DNA from: Chloroflexota bacterium
GTDB taxonomy: Bacteria > Chloroflexota > Anaerolineae > Caldilineales > Caldilineaceae
NCBI GenBank assembly: GCA_016861025.1
Contig: BOKO01000006.1
Location: forward strand, 106,839 to 170,838
Direction of reading: 5' to 3'
Length of the DNA: 64,000 nt
Shown: piece by piece, positions 1-6,912 of the stretch
Layout: each line of letters begins with the position of its first letter
How positions within the stretch are numbered: position 1 is the first letter of the stretch
The notes under the pieces: model-generated
Databases searched by the model: none
What the model was told of the DNA's origin: nothing
Seen by the model: only the letters and a program-made list of their open reading frames with translations
Translations under genes and position numbers: made by a program

Positions 1-2
1 AT

Positions 3-3000
3 CAGCCAGAGCCAACGACGATCCTCGGCGCTGGCGTCGATATTGGCGTGCTGCCGATCCTGGGTCAGGGAGCGCGTATCGATTGGGGCGTCAAGCCATA
101 CGACGCGACGGGAACACGCGGCGGGCCGCGCAACGGCGGCATCGTCGGCACCGTCTCGTATGACACCACGCGTAACGAGTTGGATCCGCGTTACGCCGCC
201 GTCGAACCTTTCCAACCCGGCATTCCCGACATTCGCGTGAACCTCTATCAACCTGTGCGTTGTGGCGCGAACCCAGGGACGCCCTGCGACGCGCGCCGTC
301 AGTACGAGCTGGCGCCCGACGGCTCCTACGCCTTTGGTCGCCTGCTCGGTTCACAATTGACCGAGACCTGGGAGCATCCGATCGATTGCATCGCCCGCGA
401 CGCCAACGGCGCTCCGCTGCCTTTTGGCAACGGCAATCAGGAGGTGCTGCCCACTGACGGCGCTGGCGGTCAGGCGCTCGGCGGCCGGCGTTGCATCGAG
501 GCGCCGCTGACTGGCACACAGGTGCAGAATGGCTTTGCCACGCTCGACGGCAACTACGGCTTCGCTGAGGGCTGTCTGACCACCGGCTACGACGTAGTGA
601 ACGAGCAGTGCGTTGGCGGCGTTGCTCCGGAGCCACTACCCGCCGCCGACTATCTGGTGCAGGTCGAGATTCCCAACGACACCATCTTTGGCCGTCCGCT
701 CTATCGGGTGACGCGTGAAGAGGACATCAATATCTTCGACGGCGACGAGTTCGTCATGCCGCAGGTGCCGCCGCCCGCCTGCGCCGGCGCGCTGCACACG
801 GTCGATGTCGCCGGCGTCGGCGCGGATGGTCCGAACGCCACCTACAACCCGGCTTTTGCTGAGGCGGGCGGCTCGATCTACGAAGGCCAGCAGCGCCCGC
901 TATGCGATGTGCGGTTGGTGACGCTCAATAACGGCAAGTCGATTGCGCCGACCTTCAACCTTTTCACCGAAGTGCCGATTCCGGGCAAGTGGAAAGGCTA
1001 CATCATCGACGACCTGACCGTCTCCACCGACCCAACCAGCATCAACTTCGGCGAGAAGGCGGGCATCTTCAACATCCCGATCGGCGTCTACGATTTCACC
1101 AACAATCTGGTGACGACGATTACGCCTGACTACAACGGCGTCTATGAAATCCTGCTGCCTTCGACCTACTCGGTGAACTGCCCAATGCCGGCGGGCGTCT
1201 GCGCCGGGATGTATTACATCCTGGGCAACGATCCGGGACAGCCGGGCGCGCTCAACCCGAACTACAACCCACAATACCGTACGATCGGCGCCACCTTCGA
1301 GATCTATCCGGGCCTGATCGTGCCTTCCGATCTGGCGCCAACACAGATCGTGCCGGGCATCCTGGCGGGCGGTTCGCAATACGCCACGCCGCCACAGTGC
1401 TTCCTGGACGACGCCACGCCGCAGTTGTTTGCGGTTTCGCGCCCCTTTGTGCGGCTCAACCAGCCGTCGGACAACCGCCAGTTCACCATCGAGGGGCAAG
1501 GCTTTGGCGCCACGCCCGGTCAGGTGTTGCTGGATGGCGCCCTGCCGCTGCAAATCAATGGCTGGAATGATCGCGCTATCAACGTGACCACACCGACGAG
1601 CATCCCCACCGGCGTGCACCAGCTTGGCATCCGTGCGGCAAATGGCAACGCCACAGTCAATGGCCTGTCCTTCCATGTGATCGGCGGTGGCTATAACCCG
1701 ATGCTCTTTGAGGTCGGACCGGGTCGCGCCTACGCCACGGTGCAGGCAGGCGTCGACGCCGCTGCAGCCGCCAACGGCAACCGCCCGCGCGTCGTCATCG
1801 TCTATCCAGGCGCAACAGAATTGTGGAACCCGAACGGCGCCTACTTTGAGAATGTCGTCATCTACTCGCCGTTGACGCTGCAAGGTGTAGGACCTGGCGG
1901 CGTGCGCAGCGACGCCAGCTATGTTTTGGGCACGCTGATTGACGGGCGCGGCGTGGCTGGCGACACCGATTACGCGGAAGCGTGGCGCGTCTTTGTGCAG
2001 TCGATCAATTTCGACGGCAATCAGGCGCTCTACGAAGGCGCAGTGGTCTACGTCCTGGCGGAAGCCAACGAGATGACGGCGACCCGCTCCGTCGTCATCG
2101 ACGGCATGACAATCCAGGGCGGCGATCAACAGGGTTTCCCGAACAACCTGACGCCTGCCGACCCGACGCAGCGCGAGTTCGCCGCCGTGCAGGGTGGCGG
2201 CATTTTCGCCAACGCCTACGCCCGCTACCTGCGCATCACCAACAACATCTTGCAGAGCAACGGCGGCGCGTATGCTGGCGCCATTCGTCTGGGCACGCCG
2301 CATCTGCCTGGCGCGCTCAACGACAATCAGAACGACAACGTGACGATCCGTTACAACCGCATCATTGCCAACGGCGGCACGAATCTGGCCGGCGCGATCG
2401 GCGTCTTCTCCGGCGCCGAGAATTACGAGATTGCCTACAACGACATCTGCGGCAATTACTCGGCGGAGTATGGCGGCGGCGTCAGCCACTACGGCTACAG
2501 CCCGAACGGCCAGATTCATCACAACCGCGTCTACTTCAACCGCTCCTACGATGAAGGCGGCGGCATTATGATCGCGGGCGAGCTGCCGGCCGACTTCCGC
2601 GTCCTTTCGCCAGGCGCCGGCCCGGTCAGCATCTACAACAACCTGATCCAGGCGAACCTAAGCAACGATGATGGCGGCGGCGTACGCTTCCTGATGGCGG
2701 GCAACTTCGTCTACAACGTTTACAACAACATCATCGTCAACAATGTCTCGACGCATGAAGGCGGCGGCGTCTCGCTGAACGACGCGCCAAACGTGCGCTT
2801 CTTCAACAACACCGTAATGAACAACATCACGACGGCAACGGCGATGACCAGCAACGGCCAGGCGGCGCCGTCCGGCCTGGCGACAGCGCGCAACAGCGCG
2901 CTGTTGCAGGCCACGCTACCCGCCGGAGCGCCCATTTTCAGCAACCCGCTGCTCTTCAACAACATCTTCTGGGGCAACCGCGCCGGCGCCTTCACCGGCG

Positions 3001-4160
3001 GCACGGTCGTCGGCATCGGGCTGGATGGCGATCCCTTCCCGATCAACTATTGGGATATGGGCGTCTCTGACAATGTAGGCATGTTGTCGCCGACAAACAC
3101 GCTGATGCAGACAACGATGGGTGCGCTCCCCGACGCCAGCAACATCGTGGGCAGCGCGCCGCTGGTCGTGAGCGAGTATCAGACCTCGGTGAGTGTGGCG
3201 CCGTGGCGCGGCAACCCGCGCTTTGTGGACACCATCATGGTGACGCCGATGGCGACGCCGAATCTGCTGGGCGACTATCACATCGCCAGCGGTTCGCCGG
3301 CGGTGAATGCAGGCGCTGATGGTCGCAACGGCGTCAGCGCACCCGGCGACGACATCGACGACGAAGCGCGCCCGCGAGATGGCGGCATGGACATCGGCGC
3401 CGATGAGCTCTATGGCGCAGTGATCGCCTTCCCGTACACGCCGGTGCGCGACAACTTCAATCGCGCCAACGGCGCCATCGGCGCCAGCTGGGGTGGGCAA
3501 ACTTCGCGGTTTGCGATCAACAGCAATCAACTCAATGTGACCGCTGCTGGACTTTCTACGGTGCATTGGAGCAACCAGAACTTCGGCCCGAACCAGGAGG
3601 CATTCTTCACCTTCACCAACATCGCCGCCAATGCCGAAGAAGTCGGCTTGCTGCTCAAACTCAACGGTGCAAGCGCAGCCAGCGCCAACATGTCGGCGAT
3701 CAACGTGAACTATGATCGCCGCCCAGGTCAGAACAATATCCAAATCTGGACGCATCAGACCGGGCAGGGCTGGCGGCTACGCGCAACGTTCCCGGGCGTC
3801 GCCTTCAACGTGGGCGATCAGCTTGGCGCACGCACACTGGCGGACGGTACGGTGAATGTCTATCGCAACGGCGCATTGCTCGGTGTAGCCAACGTGCTGG
3901 GTGGTGCGGCGCCGCAGTGGCCGGCGGCATTGGCGGCAGGCGGCGGACGCATCGGCGTCTACTACGTCACGCCGGCGAACAGCGTGCGCGTCGATAACTT
4001 CGGCGGCGGCGACGTGCCGCCAGTCTTCGTCCAGATTGCAGCAGAACAGCCTACAGGTCTGATCCAGCCGGTGATGTCGACGGATTACACGGTGCGTCTC
4101 GAACGTCAGATGTACGTTGAGAATTCAATCTTCTTGCCGGTCATCTCATCGTCCCGTTAG
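3..4160 (+). CDS. Giant secreted/surface protein, 5'-truncated by the window edge: Cys-containing beta-rich region, IPT/TIG-like domain, right-handed beta-helix, choice-of-anchor-Q-like segment, C-terminal beta-sandwich, FLPVI tail
   Basis: Frame of ORF 48..4160 is open from position 3 (QPEPTTILGAGVDIGV...), so the true start is upstream. IPT/TIG-like 'FTIEGQGFGATPGQV', repeated GGG/N-ladder beta-helix turns, 'GDYHIASGSPAVNAG...DIDDEARP...DIGADE', ends ENSIFLPVISSSR. Confidence 0.8.
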   Translation, partial: QPEPTTILGAGVDIGVLPILGQGARIDWGVKPYDATGTRGGPRNGGIVGTVSYDTTRNELDPRYAAVEPFQPGIPDIRVNLYQPVRCGANPGTPCDARRQYELAPDGSYAFGRLLGSQLTETWEHPIDCIARDANGAPLPFGNGNQEVLPTDGAGGQALGGRRCIEAPLTGTQVQNGFATLDGNYGFAEGCLTTGYDVVNEQCVGGVAPEPLPAADYLVQVEIPNDTIFGRPLYRVTREEDINIFDGDEFVMPQVPPPACAGALHTVDVAGVGADGPNATYNPAFAEAGGSIYEGQQRPLCDVRLVTLNNGKSIAPTFNLFTEVPIPGKWKGYIIDDLTVSTDPTSINFGEKAGIFNIPIGVYDFTNNLVTTITPDYNGVYEILLPSTYSVNCPMPAGVCAGMYYILGNDPGQPGALNPNYNPQYRTIGATFEIYPGLIVPSDLAPTQIVPGILAGGSQYATPPQCFLDDATPQLFAVSRPFVRLNQPSDNRQFTIEGQGFGATPGQVLLDGALPLQINGWNDRAINVTTPTSIPTGVHQLGIRAANGNATVNGLSFHVIGGGYNPMLFEVGPGRAYATVQAGVDAAAAANGNRPRVVIVYPGATELWNPNGAYFENVVIYSPLTLQGVGPGGVRSDASYVLGTLIDGRGVAGDTDYAEAWRVFVQSINFDGNQALYEGAVVYVLAEANEMTATRSVVIDGMTIQGGDQQGFPNNLTPADPTQREFAAVQGGGIFANAYARYLRITNNILQSNGGAYAGAIRLGTPHLPGALNDNQNDNVTIRYNRIIANGGTNLAGAIGVFSGAENYEIAYNDICGNYSAEYGGGVSHYGYSPNGQIHHNRVYFNRSYDEGGGIMIAGELPADFRVLSPGAGPVSIYNNLIQANLSNDDGGGVRFLMAGNFVYNVYNNIIVNNVSTHEGGGVSLNDAPNVRFFNNTVMNNITTATAMTSNGQAAPSGLATARNSALLQATLPAGAPIFSNPLLFNNIFWGNRAGAFTGGTVVGIGLDGDPFPINYWDMGVSDNVGMLSPTNTLMQTTMGALPDASNIVGSAPLVVSEYQTSVSVAPWRGNPRFVDTIMVTPMATPNLLGDYHIASGSPAVNAGADGRNGVSAPGDDIDDEARPRDGGMDIGADELYGAVIAFPYTPVRDNFNRANGAIGASWGGQTSRFAINSNQLNVTAAGLSTVHWSNQNFGPNQEAFFTFTNIAANAEEVGLLLKLNGASAASANMSAINVNYDRRPGQNNIQIWTHQTGQGWRLRATFPGVAFNVGDQLGARTLADGTVNVYRNGALLGVANVLGGAAPQWPAALAAGGGRIGVYYVTPANSVRVDNFGGGDVPPVFVQIAAEQPTGLIQPVMSTDYTVRLERQMYVENSIFLPVISSSR

Positions 4161-4169
4161 CGTCATACA

Positions 4170-4210
4170 CTTGCAACGGGCGGCGGTGAAATATCGTCGC
4201 CTGTTGCAAG
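4170..4210 (+). other. Intergenic RNA stem-loop (19-bp stem, 3-nt loop)
   Basis: cttgcaacgggcggcggtg-aaa-tatcgtcgcctgttgcaag; all four non-Watson-Crick positions are G-U on the + strand; no U-tract follows. Confidence 0.75.
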
Positions 4211-4239
4211 CCAGTTCGCACCTATTGAGGAGAACACAG

Positions 4240-5553
4240 ATGCGAAAACCCATCTCTCGACGGAACTTCTTTAGAATTGCTGGCGGGGCGGCATTGGCTG
4301 CGGCGGGGATCAGCGTCCTGCCCGGCATTGTCGGCAAAGGCTGGCTTTCACCTACGCAAAGCGCTGGCGCGCAGGATGTCCCGCCCGATCTCTTCTTCGC
4401 GGCCACCGACGGCTGGATCGGTCTGCCGGCGTCGCCAGCCATGCCGCCATATCACCCCGACAATATGGCGCCGACGCCTTTTACGACCTATGTCTTCGGC
4501 TTCCGCAATGTCACAGGGCTGAACCAGACGCAGGTGATGGCGCAGAAGATGCGGGCGCAACATTCAGCGCCGATGTTCTGGGTGAATCAGGAAACCACCA
4601 TGCGTCTGCAGCTCACCAACCTGGGGCTGGCGATCCGCCCGGACCTGGTCGACGCGCATACGCTGCACTGGCACGGCTTCCGTCACGTTATCCCATTCTT
4701 CGATGGCGAGCCGATGGGATCGGTCTCGGTGCCCATCGAGCGCAGCTTCACCTACGTCTTTCGACCGCACGATCCGGGGACGTATATGTATCATTGCCAC
4801 GTGGAGGACATCGAGCATGTGCACATGGGCATGACCGGCATGGTGATCGTGCGGCCAACGCAAAACGGCAACACGTCGCTCTATCCAAGCGGACGCTATG
4901 TCTACAACGACGGCGACGGCTCAACCGGCTACGACCGTGAGTTTGGTCTGCTTCTTTCCGAGGTCTGGAATGAGGCGCACTGGGATGACTCGCACATCCA
5001 GCTCCCACAGTGGACAGAGTACCGCGTCGACTTCGGGCTGATCAACGGGCGCACCTGGCCCGACACGATTGCGCCGAATGCGCCGTTTGCACCGTCAGCC
5101 TCCAATCCCGATGCGTTCACCTTTGCCGTGGCGCGTGCGGCTGACGGCGATTTGACGCCGCCGCCAGGCTCTCCACATCTGCAATATCAGCCTCAATCAT
5201 CGCTGATCACTTGCAACGCTGGCGAACGGGTGTTGCTGCGCTTCGCCAACCTGGGCTTCACCGAGGCGGCGATGACCGTCACGGGGATCAAGTTGCGGGT
5301 CATCGGGCGCGACGCCACCTTCCTGCGCGGGCGCACCGGCGCCGACACCAGCTACCTGACCAGCACCGTGACCTTCAACGCTGGCGAGAGCGCCGATGTG
5401 ATCTTCACGGCGCCCGCCTATCGCGGTCCCGATCCCTACGACACCTACCTGCTTTACAACCGCGCCTCGACGCACGGCAACGGCGGGCAGATGACCGAGA
5501 TTCGCGTCCACCCGGCGGGCGCGTTGCCGCCGCAGACGCTGCCGAACACCTAG
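4240..5553 (+). CDS. Two-domain cupredoxin / multicopper oxidase subunit A, Tat-exported, 437 aa; type-1 Cu site and half of a trinuclear cluster in domain 1
   Basis: ATG 4240 after gaggag RBS; Tat motif SRRNFF; HTLHWHG (4657-4677) and YHCHVEDIEHVHMGM (HCH 4792-4800). Domain 2 lacks His at both ligand positions (EAAMTVTG, YLLYNRAS). Confidence 0.9.
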   Translation: MRKPISRRNFFRIAGGAALAAAGISVLPGIVGKGWLSPTQSAGAQDVPPDLFFAATDGWIGLPASPAMPPYHPDNMAPTPFTTYVFGFRNVTGLNQTQVMAQKMRAQHSAPMFWVNQETTMRLQLTNLGLAIRPDLVDAHTLHWHGFRHVIPFFDGEPMGSVSVPIERSFTYVFRPHDPGTYMYHCHVEDIEHVHMGMTGMVIVRPTQNGNTSLYPSGRYVYNDGDGSTGYDREFGLLLSEVWNEAHWDDSHIQLPQWTEYRVDFGLINGRTWPDTIAPNAPFAPSASNPDAFTFAVARAADGDLTPPPGSPHLQYQPQSSLITCNAGERVLLRFANLGFTEAAMTVTGIKLRVIGRDATFLRGRTGADTSYLTSTVTFNAGESADVIFTAPAYRGPDPYDTYLLYNRASTHGNGGQMTEIRVHPAGALPPQTLPNT

Positions 5554-5592
5554 TCTGGCCGGAACGTGGGAGAACCCAAAGGAGTGAATGCT

Positions 5593-6900
5593 ATGACCAT
5601 GTTCAAGTTCAAGTGGATGCGTTGGGGGCTGGCGTTGGGGCTGCTGCTAACCTTGCTGAGCACAAATTCAGCAGTGCGCCCGCAAGCGGTCGTCGCCCAA
5701 AGCACACCGACAGATGGCATCGTCTGCACGACGAGCGCCAACGCCACCTTCACCCTGCGCACGGAGACCGGCTATGTCGGCATGTCCGACGACAACACTG
5801 TTTTCATGTGGGGCTTCTCGATCGCCGGCCAGCCTTTCCAGCACCCCAGTCCCGTGCTTTGCGTCAATCAGGGCGATACGGTCACTGTGATTGTGCAGAA
5901 CACGTTGAGCGAAGACATCTCGCTCATCTTCCCCGGTCAGGAGAATGTGTTCGCCAACGGTGCGCCTTCAGCGCCCCAGTTTAGCGGCGGAGCGCTGACT
6001 TCACTGGCGCCGGTGGCAGCGGCGAACGGCGGCGCGATGACCTACAGCTTCGTGGCGACGCGCGCCGGCGCCTTCATCTATCAGAGCGGAACCTCCCCGG
6101 ATCGCCAGGTGCGCATGGGGTTGTTCGGCGCCCTGATCGTCCGCCCAACGCGCAGCACCGGCAACCCGGATACTCGCTATGTCTATGACAGCGGCGACGT
6201 CGTCTATCGCGCCGGTAAGGAGTTTATGGTGCTGCTCTCCGAAGTCGATCCGTTCCTGAACCAGGCGGTTGAGCGCGGCGAGCCGTTCGATATGAGCCTC
6301 TACAAACCGCGCTACTGGCTGATCAACGGGCGCGGCTTCCCGGACAGCATTGCACCGAACTTTGCAGCCTGGCTGCCGTCGCAGCCCTACGGCGCGCTGG
6401 CGCGCATCAACCCGTATGACGCCGTCGCCAACCCATACCCGGCGCTCGTGCGTTATCTCAACGTCGGCACGATCGAGTTTCCGTTCCACCCACACGGCAA
6501 TCACGGGCGCATCGTCGGGCGCGATGGTTTCCCGCTGATCGATGACGGCGGCGCCGATCTCTCCTTCGACAAATTCAGCGTCAACGTTGGGCCTGGTCAA
6601 ACCTGGGACGCCACCTTCGACTGGCGCGACAACGAAGGCTACAGCGAGAACAACCCTGTGCCGATCACGATCCCGAATCTGCAGAACATGGCGTTTGGCA
6701 TGTTCTTCAGCGGCAGTCCTTACCTGGGTTTGAGTGGGACGAAACCGGTCGGCGATACAGCGATGACACAATGCGGCGAGTATTACATCATCGCCCACAA
6801 TCATGCACTCTTCCAGTTGGATTCGTGGGGCGTGCCGATGACCGGCCCGGCGACCTTCACCCGCGTCGATCCGCCGTTGCCCAACACCTGCCCGCAGTAA
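5593..6900 (+). CDS. Two-domain cupredoxin / multicopper oxidase subunit B, Sec-type signal, 435 aa; trinuclear-cluster ligands only in domain 2
   Basis: ATG 5593 after ggag RBS; hydrophobic signal peptide. Domain 1 has no Cu ligands (EDISLIFPG, FIYQSG...RMGLFG). Domain 2 has FHPHGNHG (6487-6495) and IIAHNH (6796-6804). Confidence 0.88.
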   Translation: MTMFKFKWMRWGLALGLLLTLLSTNSAVRPQAVVAQSTPTDGIVCTTSANATFTLRTETGYVGMSDDNTVFMWGFSIAGQPFQHPSPVLCVNQGDTVTVIVQNTLSEDISLIFPGQENVFANGAPSAPQFSGGALTSLAPVAAANGGAMTYSFVATRAGAFIYQSGTSPDRQVRMGLFGALIVRPTRSTGNPDTRYVYDSGDVVYRAGKEFMVLLSEVDPFLNQAVERGEPFDMSLYKPRYWLINGRGFPDSIAPNFAAWLPSQPYGALARINPYDAVANPYPALVRYLNVGTIEFPFHPHGNHGRIVGRDGFPLIDDGGADLSFDKFSVNVGPGQTWDATFDWRDNEGYSENNPVPITIPNLQNMAFGMFFSGSPYLGLSGTKPVGDTAMTQCGEYYIIAHNHALFQLDSWGVPMTGPATFTRVDPPLPNTCPQ

Positions 6901-6912
6901 GGAGCGATCATA

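Noticed and set aside
4117-4239. Upstream extensions given by the ORF track (also for 5566, 9858, 22171, 24270, 25415, 44040, 45455, 46395, 48344, 52608, 54461, 57034, 61294)
   Set aside because: Downstream ATGs fit better with RBS position, signal peptides or stop/start overlaps.
4240-5553. Copper nitrite reductase (NirK)
   Set aside because: Has HxH (HWH) where NirK has the catalytic Asp motif, has HCH, and lacks the domain-2 His needed for a NirK type-2 site.
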